From the IMG/VR virus record IMGVR_UViG_3300031965_000009, positions 15,279 through 79,278 of that record: a stretch of 64,000 nucleotides of DNA; one strand, written 5' to 3'. The stretch comes from a virus (taxonomy: Duplodnaviria > Caudoviricetes). The notes beneath the pieces were generated by a model, which was given only the letters and a program-made list of their open reading frames with translations, did no database searches and was not told where the DNA came from. Shown here in pieces: positions 36,438 to 45,198 of this stretch. Each line of letters opens with the position of its first letter. Position 1 is the first letter of the stretch. The position numbers were made by a program, and so were the translations under genes.

Positions 36438-36534
36438 CTCTAATGTAATGTTCTATACCATCATGCCTTGCCACCTGTAATGCTCCTGTGTGAAGGCAAA
36501 TAATTCTCTCATCTTCCTCTAATGTAATGTTCTA
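36438..36534. repeat. dispersed 18-bp repeat, copies 2 and 3
   Basis: CTCTAATGTAATGTTCTA at 36438-36455 and 36517-36534. Confidence 0.85.
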
Positions 36535-36709
36535 CTCGCGGCGGAACATTAATACAACATGAGAAAACCGCTAAAATGAACATGAATTATTTGCATTTTT
36601 CTTGACTCCATGATAGCATGTTACATGCTCCTGTCCTGGTATCATGCTCATGCTTTTATTTCTTTTATTATTTCTTTTACATGCTGCATGCTACTAGATC
36701 ATGATCATG

Positions 36710-36898
36710 CTACATGCTCATGTAACATGGGCGTTCGACTTTTTTCAGCATGCTCTTGTGGACAATGCCAAGCTCTGTCTCACCGCAATTGACTTCAACA
36801 AACTGAGTCACGACACTCTCCCTGATAACTACTCCCGTCACTCCTTTGTGACACGGGCATGTAAGCTCCACCCTATCCCCAACGTTAAATTCATTCAT
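36710..36898 (-). CDS. small KOW/SH3-like protein
   Basis: AAGGAGAAAAC-ATG; FNVGDRVELT...GVTGVV. Confidence 0.55.
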   Translation of the reverse strand: MNEFNVGDRVELTCPCHKGVTGVVIRESVVTQFVEVNCGETELGIVHKSMLKKVERPCYMSM

Positions 36899-36908
36899 GT
36901 TTTTCTCC

Positions 36909-36937
36909 TTGACATTAAAACAATTGTGCTGTATACT
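36909..36937 (+). promoter_or_regulatory. near-consensus sigma70 promoter for the glycan cluster
   Basis: TTGACA (36909-14)-17 bp-TATACT (36932-37); ATG at 36945 with no SD. Confidence 0.8.
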
Positions 36938-36944
36938 ACTGCCT

Positions 36945-37889
36945 ATGAATAAAGTAATAGTGACCGGCGGGGCCGGGTTCGTCGGCTCCCATCTAGTAGA
37001 ACGATTATTGGAAAACGGCGATGATGTAACTGTCATCGACGACATGAGCAGTGGCAAAAACATTAACCCGGATGCCCGTCTCATTATAGCAGATGTTAGA
37101 GACGCAGATGCATGCGCCAAGCTCTTTGACGGCGCGGACATGGTATACAACCTTGCCGCCGCAGTGGGCGGTGTGGACTGGAACATGTCTCGCGGCCTGC
37201 GCATGTTTGAAAGCAATGTCATCACGCTCGTTGCCCCTGTCATTGCAGCGCAGGAGGCTAAGGTTGGACATTTCTTACAGATGTCCTCGACCTGCATTGT
37301 CTCCCCTGCCATGCAGGGTGGCAAGAGCGAAGAGTGGGGTTACTTTGGCCACCCTCATGTAGCTAACTGGGGGTATGGCCAGTCCAAGCGTGACGGCGAG
37401 TATGCCGCCCTGTACTGGTCCAGCCTGCCGCATGTTGTAGCGGCCAGAAGCCAGAACATGTTTGGCCCCCGAGACCATTTCGAGCCCGACAGGGCGCATG
37501 TCATACCGGCATTGATTAACAGGATACATGCAGCAAGTGACGGTGACGAGTTTGAGGTATATGGTTCACCTGACACAGTACGAGAATTCCTGTACGTAGA
37601 AGATTGCGCTGATGCCATGGTTCACTTGATGAACAACACTCATGGCAAGGAAGCCTATAATATCGGGACAGGCGGTGAGACGGCTGTCAGCATTAGAGAG
37701 TTAGTCTTCATCCTGCTTGACCTGATGAACAAAGACCTGCAACCATACTGGAATGCCAGCAAGGGCGGGGGCGATGATGCCCGCCGCTCTAACGTTGCTA
37801 AGCTTCGGGCTACAGGCTGGGAGCATAAGACAGGTTTGATTGAGGGATTAGAGAAGACATTGGAATGGTATTATGAGGAGGTTGCATGA
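36945..37889 (+). CDS. NAD(P)-dependent sugar epimerase/reductase, GDP-L-fucose synthase (Fcl/ColC)-like
   Basis: TGGAGFVGSH, NLAAAVGG, SSTCI, YGQSK, HVIPALI, REFLYVED. Confidence 0.88.
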   Translation: MNKVIVTGGAGFVGSHLVERLLENGDDVTVIDDMSSGKNINPDARLIIADVRDADACAKLFDGADMVYNLAAAVGGVDWNMSRGLRMFESNVITLVAPVIAAQEAKVGHFLQMSSTCIVSPAMQGGKSEEWGYFGHPHVANWGYGQSKRDGEYAALYWSSLPHVVAARSQNMFGPRDHFEPDRAHVIPALINRIHAASDGDEFEVYGSPDTVREFLYVEDCADAMVHLMNNTHGKEAYNIGTGGETAVSIRELVFILLDLMNKDLQPYWNASKGGGDDARRSNVAKLRATGWEHKTGLIEGLEKTLEWYYEEVA

Positions 37890-38026
37890 TAAAAGAGTAC
37901 ACTGTTGTGTGGCATGGAAGAGGTGTATTGGTTAGTGCCGATACTGTAAGGGTTGAAGCGCACCTAGAAGATGCGGGATACGAAGCATGCCTTACGTATG
38001 CTTCTGAATACGAAGAGGAATAGGGG

Positions 38027-38794
38027 GTGCCATCAAGGGCGTTCACGAACGAAGAAGAGATCGCTATTAATGCAATCTACCTTTCTGGTCGGTCAATCCA
38101 GAACATAGCAAAATCTTACAATGTCAGCCGTGAATTGATATGGAAAAGATTGAATAAAATGGGCACTGAGATAAGAAACTCGAAGCCGAAGAAGCACGAG
38201 ATATGGTCTCGCGCGTTTGATAACCTGAATGATGAGATTGCATGCTATTGGCTCGGTTTTATTTACGCAGATGGATATTGTAGCAAGAGTCGGCCTGGAC
38301 TAGAGATCAACCTTTCCGCGCGTGATCATGATCACCTATCTAAGATTTCCGAGTTTCTAAGAACAACATCTAGGGCAAGAATGGTGAGAGACAAAACTAG
38401 ATTCACAGTATCGGACGCATACCTATACGATAGATTAACTGATTTAGGAATTGTTCCTGGCCGACCGGATCACAAATGCTGCACCAACAGGATTCCGCAT
38501 GACTACTATCGGCATTGGATCAGAGGGTTTTTCGATGGTGATGGCTCGTTCTTGCGGTCTAGTCCCAGGGTAACGTTCTGCGGAAGACTTGAACTAATGT
38601 CATGGGTAAGAGATTTGCTTTATAGCGAGATCGGTCTAAAAAAGAACAAGATAGTCAGACATGGGTCTGGATTGAGATACATAAATTACACAATCCGGGA
38701 TCAGGTAGATGCATTTGGTGAGTGGATTTATAGAGATTGCTCTATTTACCTGGAGAGAAAGAGGGAAATATTTGATGGCTACAAAACCGTATAG
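38027..38794 (+). CDS. free-standing LAGLIDADG homing endonuclease with N-terminal HTH
   Basis: YWLGFIYADG and HWIRGFFDGDG; YLERKRE C-terminus. Confidence 0.9.
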   Translation: MPSRAFTNEEEIAINAIYLSGRSIQNIAKSYNVSRELIWKRLNKMGTEIRNSKPKKHEIWSRAFDNLNDEIACYWLGFIYADGYCSKSRPGLEINLSARDHDHLSKISEFLRTTSRARMVRDKTRFTVSDAYLYDRLTDLGIVPGRPDHKCCTNRIPHDYYRHWIRGFFDGDGSFLRSSPRVTFCGRLELMSWVRDLLYSEIGLKKNKIVRHGSGLRYINYTIRDQVDAFGEWIYRDCSIYLERKREIFDGYKTV

Positions 38795-39503
38795 GATTTT
38801 GCTCATCACGTCTGATCATTATATCAACGCCGTCCTGCCATACGCATGGTTGCTCAAGAAGTATTGGCCGTCCCACCCAGACGTTGTGGTCGGTGGGTTT
38901 ACGGAACCAGACTTCGACATGCCTGAACGTTTCAGCTTTCACAGCATTGGCAAGGCCGAGGAATATCCGGTCAGCCGCTGGTCTGATGCTGTCATTAAGT
39001 TCTTGCACGACGTTCCTGATGAGGTGTTCATCTTCACCCTTGAAGACATGTGGATTGTCGAACCTGTCAAGGAAGACGTTATAACCATGTGCTACGACTA
39101 TATGGAGCAGTTCAAATATGTCGCCCGCCTTGACTTGACTGGCGACCGCATGTGGGCTAATGGTGGCAATGTCAGCCTGTACGGCAAGCTGGGCTACGTT
39201 GACCTGGTATGGTCAGACCCGCATAGTCAATATCATTTATCAACCATGGATGCTTTTTGGCGAAAGGAGCACTTACTTCGGGCGCTTATTCCAGGAGAAA
39301 CACCATGGCAGGTTGAGCTACAGGGTACGCCCCGGTTGGCGGCGATGCACGGATATGTTATCGTCATCGGCACGAACGCTTGGCCCATCAGGGTTCACCT
39401 TGCATTTCGTGGAGGCGATCCAGGAAACATACTCCTTGATGGTATTAACCCGCTTGATGTCGAGGCAATGGTAAGGGATGGCGTGTTGGATCAGTGGACA
39501 TGA
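38775..39503 (+). CDS. glycosyltransferase-like (GT-A) protein
   Basis: LLKKYWP, FIFTLEDMW (acidic motif), STMDAFWRK, TPWQVE; sugar-cluster context. Confidence 0.55.
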   Translation: MATKPYRILLITSDHYINAVLPYAWLLKKYWPSHPDVVVGGFTEPDFDMPERFSFHSIGKAEEYPVSRWSDAVIKFLHDVPDEVFIFTLEDMWIVEPVKEDVITMCYDYMEQFKYVARLDLTGDRMWANGGNVSLYGKLGYVDLVWSDPHSQYHLSTMDAFWRKEHLLRALIPGETPWQVELQGTPRLAAMHGYVIVIGTNAWPIRVHLAFRGGDPGNILLDGINPLDVEAMVRDGVLDQWT

Positions 39504-39712
39504 ATAAATTCATAGCAAATTTCATCGCCTATCCATTCCTACTGATTACCGCAGTGCTTATCTGTGGTATCGGCCTCTTGTTTTCTATGACTCTGATGGC
39601 CTTTACCCCAGACGACGAAATAGACTCCGTTGAACATATTGTATCCGTTGCGATGGTGTATATTATTGGTGTCGCTATCCAGTGGATTATTTATTTGGTG
39701 TTGACATCATGA
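39500..39712 (+). CDS. small two-TM membrane protein
   Basis: Two hydrophobic helices. Confidence 0.5.
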   Translation: MNKFIANFIAYPFLLITAVLICGIGLLFSMTLMAFTPDDEIDSVEHIVSVAMVYIIGVAIQWIIYLVLTS

Positions 39713-40305
39713 GAGAATCACAACGATTGCGCGATGCGTTTAATTACTTGTTCCAGGAAGAGCTTGACTACCTGTACGAGATCACAGCTACCCTGCCCCC
39801 AAATCCTGAAATAATCAACATTGGTTCAGGGGCAGGCACTAGCGGATTGGCATTTCTTGAGGCTCGACCCGACAGTCATGTTTCCACCATTGACATTACA
39901 GCCGAGTCTTCACCGTTTGGCTGCTTGATAGCAGAAGAGCTATCTGCATTTGTAGCAGGCGTGCATGATCGCCTGACCCAGTACCATGGCGAAAGCATTG
40001 AGATCGGCAAGGCATGGGATAAAGGGCTGGTAGACCTTGTCTTTGTAGACGGCGACCATACCTACGAGGGTTGCATTGGAGACATGCAGGTCTTCGGCGA
40101 CCTGCTCAAGCCCGGTGGATGGTTACTGGTGCATGATTACAACAAAGATATGGTATACACTAGGCTAGGGAACAGGTATAGCCCCAAGCTTTACCCACAC
40201 CCTAAAAGCTACGATGGCGTTGACAAGGCTGTCATGGAATGGGTGGATGGGCAGGTTATGGAGTTCGTGGAGTGCGTCGAAACCATAGCGGTGTTCAGGA
40301 AATAG
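39709..40305 (+). CDS. class I SAM-dependent methyltransferase (Methyltransf_24-like)
   Basis: NIGSGAGTS, VFVDGDHTYEG, LKPGGWLLVHDY. Confidence 0.85.
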   Translation: MRESQRLRDAFNYLFQEELDYLYEITATLPPNPEIINIGSGAGTSGLAFLEARPDSHVSTIDITAESSPFGCLIAEELSAFVAGVHDRLTQYHGESIEIGKAWDKGLVDLVFVDGDHTYEGCIGDMQVFGDLLKPGGWLLVHDYNKDMVYTRLGNRYSPKLYPHPKSYDGVDKAVMEWVDGQVMEFVECVETIAVFRK

Positions 40306-40306
40306 C

Positions 40307-40666
40307 ATGCCTGTAGCACGAGCCAGAAGCATTTCTACCTCACCTGCCTTCCGGTCTAAGCTGGAAAAGCGGGCATGGGAAAGGCATTACGAATGGTTGC
40401 CAGATCATGAAGACATGCTTGCCATGTACTATGAGCCATTCGTCCTGCACCTGACGGGTGGGAATTACACGCCCGACTTCGTCGTTGTCTACAATGATGG
40501 CAGAATGATCATCATTGAAGTCAAGGGATCATGGGGCGCGTATAAGTCTGGCAGAAGCAGTAAAAGAAACTTGAAACAGGCTGCCGTGGAATTTGCATGG
40601 CTGGCCGAGTTCTATGCACTACTACCTGGCGGGAGCGGGTGGGACATGCAGCAATTTGGAGAGTGA
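40307..40666 (+). CDS. PD-(D/E)xK nuclease (DUF1064 / T7 endonuclease I-like)
   Basis: FRSKLE, YTPDF, IEVKG. Confidence 0.8.
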   Translation: MPVARARSISTSPAFRSKLEKRAWERHYEWLPDHEDMLAMYYEPFVLHLTGGNYTPDFVVVYNDGRMIIIEVKGSWGAYKSGRSSKRNLKQAAVEFAWLAEFYALLPGGSGWDMQQFGE

Positions 40667-40667
40667 C

Positions 40668-40955
40668 ATGAAACAAAGATGGCATGACTTTTGGTATTGC
40701 AATGACGGAAGATTTAACAGGGCAAGCCTTGTTCAGTTTCCGTTACTGGTGTTAATTTCACCACTGTTCATAGTAGCCCTTGGCCCATCACTCGTTGCAG
40801 CGTGGCTTGTTGGAAAATTCATTGGCGATGAGTATTGTCGTAGTGACAGGTGGTACGAAGCAGATGACAAAGAGAATGCACAGATAGCTGTTGGCGCTGT
40901 GGTGTTTTTCGTTTATGCAATCTTGTTATTATCTTTCATAGGATCACCACAATGA
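40668..40955 (+). CDS. membrane protein
   Basis: Hydrophobic segments; GGAGAG SD. Confidence 0.5.
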   Translation: MKQRWHDFWYCNDGRFNRASLVQFPLLVLISPLFIVALGPSLVAAWLVGKFIGDEYCRSDRWYEADDKENAQIAVGAVVFFVYAILLLSFIGSPQ

Positions 40956-41179
40956 CCGAGTGGATGCTAGATGAATTAATGGACGCATGGGATGCGGTTC
41001 AGCAAGGTAAAGTTACTGGAGATGTTCGAGTTGTTATGGCCGCTCTGGATGCAGCCAACTTAAGAATCATTAACTTGATGCCTGATAAGCAAGGCACTCA
41101 AACCGCGAAACATTTTCTGGAAGTAGTGATTAACGCCGAAACCGGTGAGCCGATTGGCAAAATGTTGAGAGAGAAATGA
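40952..41179 (+). CDS. hypothetical protein
   Basis: Coupled ORF. Confidence 0.5.
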   Translation: MTEWMLDELMDAWDAVQQGKVTGDVRVVMAALDAANLRIINLMPDKQGTQTAKHFLEVVINAETGEPIGKMLREK

Positions 41180-41379
41180 TGAAATTCTGGGTCTCCACTG
41201 CCGTATTTGAGGGAATATAATATGCTTGGGATAGTCTTTTCAATTCTTATGGGAATTTTTGCCCTAGTTGACTTGTTTGGAGACGAGCGCGGACTAGAGT
41301 TTAAACATACATATTCTCAGACTGCCGCACTGTGGTTTATCTTAGCAGTCCTTATAATTATAGCAAGGAGTATTGCACA

Positions 41380-41736
41380 ATGACTACAACCAGAGAATAC
41401 ATACTAGACGAGGCCAGGGAATGCATCATGCGTGACCGCAACCTTGACTATGACGAGCCTGAAAGAAATTTCCAGGATATAGCAACATTTTGGAACGTAT
41501 ATCTTCAAGGTAAACAAGTTATTGAACCGCATGACGTTGGGGTCATGTGCGCCTTGATCAAGGTGGCTAGAATCCGTACATCCCCAGGTAAGGCGGATCA
41601 CTACATTGATGCAGCAGGTTACATGGCATGCGCCGCAGAATGCGCCATGGTTGACCAGGTTGAGCCTGGTCAGGAAAGGCATGCCTGGGACTGGTCGGAA
41701 TTCCTCGGGGACATGGGAGAGCAGGCGCATGAGTGA
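41380..41736 (+). CDS. DUF6378-like phage protein
   Basis: DRNLDYDEPERNFQDIATFW, DVGVMCALIKVAR, DHYIDAAGY. Confidence 0.75.
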   Translation: MTTTREYILDEARECIMRDRNLDYDEPERNFQDIATFWNVYLQGKQVIEPHDVGVMCALIKVARIRTSPGKADHYIDAAGYMACAAECAMVDQVEPGQERHAWDWSEFLGDMGEQAHE

Positions 41737-41948
41737 CATGCTTGATTTGCTGCAAGATTTCGTGGCATTGCAAAAGAAATATAAGGTGGTTGAACTTGAT
41801 GACGAGCCAGCCTTTCCATCACCGTCACCGTACTGGGTTTCTGGTGGCGTGTCAACCATGGGTATGTATCCACTAGAGCGACCACAATCTTTACCGCCCA
41901 AGATAACATATGGCTATGAACGATACACATGGAAGGATAGTGTAGAAG

Positions 41949-42380
41949 ATGATAATTAACCCTGTTGAAGAAAAGAAAGTTCTTGCTTTCCTGTCAGACC
42001 TTGTTGCTCTTTACGAGAAGCATGGTGTCACAACTGAATACGACTACGACTACTGCGCGTTTATAATTGGTGATAGGTCTATTGGTTTCCCGGAATACCA
42101 TGGCGAAGGGTTTGTCTCCCATTCACCAAACCTGCTTCCTGATGGAAGGGAAAAGATTCAAGAGATTGGTGAAGAATTGTTTGGGAAGGACATTGTCAAG
42201 AGGGTTGACCTCCCCGATGCTGATAAAATCTACCCCGCTGGTAACACGAACTACAGGCTTGTATGCTATGCCTACCCGGACAGTATTAAGTATGTCATTG
42301 CCGCTGGTGCATACAATGAAAAGAAAAAGCTATACGAGGAAAGAGAAAAGGTAATATCTGTATCGGAGTTACTACAATGA
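41949..42380 (+). CDS. hypothetical protein
   Basis: Coupled ORF. Confidence 0.5.
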   Translation: MIINPVEEKKVLAFLSDLVALYEKHGVTTEYDYDYCAFIIGDRSIGFPEYHGEGFVSHSPNLLPDGREKIQEIGEELFGKDIVKRVDLPDADKIYPAGNTNYRLVCYAYPDSIKYVIAAGAYNEKKKLYEEREKVISVSELLQ

Positions 42381-43540
42381 TCGGAGTAGGGTATTTCGAG
42401 ACGACCCCACGTATGAAAGAACTTATTGGAGAGGTGCTAGACTCTAATAGAATTTCATATGGAGATAAGTGCAGAGAGTTTGAATCGAGGCTATCTAGCA
42501 TACACGGAAACAAGTTCGGAGTGTTGTCTAATAGCGGTACTTCCTCCCTACAGGTATCCCTACAGGCTATGAAAGAAGAGCACGGATGGGAATGGCATCA
42601 TGAAGTTATATGCCCATCACTAACGTTCGTGGCTGGCATGAATATAATTATTCTCAATAACATGACGCCGGTTCTTGTTGACGTTGATAGCCAGACTTAC
42701 AACATGAACCCCGACTTACTTCTTGATGTTATCACGGAGAACACAAGAGTCATTCTAGCCACGTATTTATTTGGTCAGATGGCTGACATGAAAGCCATTA
42801 CAGAAATCGTCAATTCCTGCAACGAAACCAGGGAAGAGAACGACAAGATACGTGTGCTGGCGGATTCGTGCGAAGCGATGCTGGTAACACATCACAATGA
42901 ACCAATCGGCCATTGGGCAGATATAACGTGTTTCTCTACGTACATGGCACACCTAATCGCAACGGGAGTTGGTGGAATGAGCGTAACGGATAACCCGGCA
43001 TACGCCGCTAGAGTTAGATCGCTGGTCAACCACGGTAGGGATGGTGTGTATACAAACATTGATGAGGGTAAGAACACCGAGATCATGGACAGGCGGTTCA
43101 AGTTCGTGTCTGTCGGGCACAGTTTCAGGATTACAGAGCTTGAAGCTGCTCTTGGCTTGGCCCAGCTAGAAACATGGGAGGACATGATTGCCAAGCGGCA
43201 GGAGAATGCTCGCTACCTTAGTGTCTACCGTGACATCCTTTCCGATCACCTGCAATTCCCGTACACCATGCCCGGTAACACGCACAGTTTCATGATGTTC
43301 CCGCTAGTAGTAAAGCATGGGGACAAGTGGGAGGTGTGCAAGTACCTGGAAGAGCATGGCATTGAAACTAGGGAGATGCTGCCGTTGACAAACCAACCGG
43401 TCTATGATATAAACCAGGCCGCTTACCCGGTTGCTAAGTGGGTGAACGAGAATGGCTTTTATGTTGGCTGTCATCAGGGGTTAAGCCTGAGTGACATGAC
43501 TCATATCTATAGCACACTGAGGGATTACTATGTGCAGTGA
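42377..43540 (+). CDS. DegT/DnrJ-family PLP enzyme with His at the Schiff-base Lys position (ColD-like 3-dehydratase)
   Basis: SGTSSL, PSLTFVA, DSCEA, FSTYMAHLIATGVGG (His codon at 42950-52). Confidence 0.85.
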   Translation: MIGVGYFETTPRMKELIGEVLDSNRISYGDKCREFESRLSSIHGNKFGVLSNSGTSSLQVSLQAMKEEHGWEWHHEVICPSLTFVAGMNIIILNNMTPVLVDVDSQTYNMNPDLLLDVITENTRVILATYLFGQMADMKAITEIVNSCNETREENDKIRVLADSCEAMLVTHHNEPIGHWADITCFSTYMAHLIATGVGGMSVTDNPAYAARVRSLVNHGRDGVYTNIDEGKNTEIMDRRFKFVSVGHSFRITELEAALGLAQLETWEDMIAKRQENARYLSVYRDILSDHLQFPYTMPGNTHSFMMFPLVVKHGDKWEVCKYLEEHGIETREMLPLTNQPVYDINQAAYPVAKWVNENGFYVGCHQGLSLSDMTHIYSTLRDYYVQ

Positions 43541-43943
43541 AACATGGAAAGACGGGGCCTGGGTATACAAGCGCCAGATTAAGACCCTGTGCGATAACGA
43601 GGTCTGGTGCCTGACTCGCATGAGCAAGCATGGCTATGCCCCCAAGGTCGAAAGGGTTGAGACAGATGTTATCAGGACTGAGTATATTCAACCAGAGAAG
43701 GTTACAAACTACTCTGAGTTTCTCTGGCATCTACCTATTGTCCTGCACCTGCTCGAGAAAGAAGGGATCAGGCATGGCGACCTGGACATGTACGGCGTCA
43801 TACCGCATGGTAACAAGCCTTACCTGGTAGACTTTGCCGAGTCACGCCTGACATGCGACCCAAGACCTGACAAGCGTGGCGAAGGGGATGCATACTGGTT
43901 GAAGCAGACCATGGAATGGATGGCATTGGGGAACTTGATATGA
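43530..43943 (+). CDS. minimal protein-kinase-like (RIO/Kdo/APH-type) phosphotransferase
   Basis: VYKRQ, NEVWCL, IRHGDL, LVDFAES. Confidence 0.7.
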   Translation: MCSETWKDGAWVYKRQIKTLCDNEVWCLTRMSKHGYAPKVERVETDVIRTEYIQPEKVTNYSEFLWHLPIVLHLLEKEGIRHGDLDMYGVIPHGNKPYLVDFAESRLTCDPRPDKRGEGDAYWLKQTMEWMALGNLI

Positions 43944-44130
43944 ACGTAGTTATTATAGGGGAGAAGCATGGCATCGCTGGAATCACTAGCAAAACTTGTT
44001 AGAATTGAACCACAATTATGGGACGAACTGTTATCGTACCTGTCAACCATTACTGGCTATACAGACCAGGGCGAGACTACGATTATCATAACAAAGAAAC
44101 TTGAAGTAGAGTGCATAATGGAAAGAAACA

Positions 44131-44502
44131 ATGAACACTAAGAAACTTATTGATGATGAATATGGTACAGTTGAGTACAAAGTCCTACCTGTTCAGGATG
44201 GTGATGTTGTCGTGGTCAAGGCGGGTATATCCACCGATGCCATTGACCGCCTGTCAGACATGCTTGGTGCGACAGGCAGGGGCAGAAGTATCATTGTTGC
44301 CGTACAAAAGATGTCAGACATCAAGTCTCTTAACAGAGATGTCATGGCTAACTATGGCTGGTATCAGGCAGATAGAGTCAAGATAGTTAGCAAGTACCTG
44401 TCCTCCAAGATTAAAGAAGAACAGGCTAGAGAAGATAGCCAGGCTGGTATTTACCAGGGGATATACTTCATGCTGACAGGAAAGTATCACGTCGATGAAT
44501 AA
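44131..44502 (+). CDS. hypothetical protein
   Basis: Coupled ORF. Confidence 0.5.
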   Translation: MNTKKLIDDEYGTVEYKVLPVQDGDVVVVKAGISTDAIDRLSDMLGATGRGRSIIVAVQKMSDIKSLNRDVMANYGWYQADRVKIVSKYLSSKIKEEQAREDSQAGIYQGIYFMLTGKYHVDE

Positions 44503-45013
44503 GCGTGCGCCAGACATGTGGCGTCAGATCAGGGAGTATGTTGACTTCACTGGTAAGACAGTCGTTGACCTTGGCTGCGGGCCAGGAGACTTCATGTCCC
44601 GTGCTTTGCAGGATGGGGCAAGCTGGGTGATTGGTGTGGACATTGACCCTGACACAGCCAGACAGGCAAAGGAAACATGCCTCGAGATCGGCAAGACAAC
44701 CATTGTACTTGTTGACGATATAGTCAACATGCCGCATGATTCAGAGTATGACATAGGCATGTGTTTCAGCGTCCTGCCCTACACAAGCAACCCTGTCGCC
44801 GTACTGGATTGGATGAGTAAGTGTGTCGGCACTTCGTTGATAGAAATGCAGTATGCCAACGACGGGCCTGGGCCTGCACAGATAACAGATGACCTGGACA
44901 TGCTCAAGTTCCTTGAAATGTTTTGGGACAAGCCCCAGGTTATTGGCAGGACAGAAATTAGCGTCGGAAAGGGTAGGAGAACAATATGGCTGTGCAATCG
45001 TTCAGAGAGCTAG
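44495..45013 (+). CDS. class I SAM-dependent methyltransferase
   Basis: GKTVVDLGCGPG, VIGVDID, YDIGMCFSVL. Confidence 0.85.
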   Translation: MNKRAPDMWRQIREYVDFTGKTVVDLGCGPGDFMSRALQDGASWVIGVDIDPDTARQAKETCLEIGKTTIVLVDDIVNMPHDSEYDIGMCFSVLPYTSNPVAVLDWMSKCVGTSLIEMQYANDGPGPAQITDDLDMLKFLEMFWDKPQVIGRTEISVGKGRRTIWLCNRSES

Positions 45014-45198
45014 ACGCTCTGGCATATATCAAGAAATACATCAAGGAGACAGGCTACCCACCAACTGTCCGTGAAATAGCTAAAGGGTGCGGCATGTCTT
45101 CAACGAGCGTGGTAACGTATCATTTAGCCAAGCTTGAAAGGCAGGGCAAGATTACCAGGACATCATATACAGCAAGAGGCATAGTGGTTAATGAATAG
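44986..45198 (+). CDS. stand-alone LexA-type winged-HTH DNA-binding domain
   Basis: YIKETGYPPTVREIAKGCGMSSTSVVTYHLAKLERQGKI; no peptidase domain. Confidence 0.85.
   Translation: MAVQSFRELDALAYIKKYIKETGYPPTVREIAKGCGMSSTSVVTYHLAKLERQGKITRTSYTARGIVVNE

Noticed and set aside
36897-36944. Upstream extension of the epimerase ORF
   Set aside because: It spans the promoter itself; homology begins at MNKVIVTGGAG (36945).
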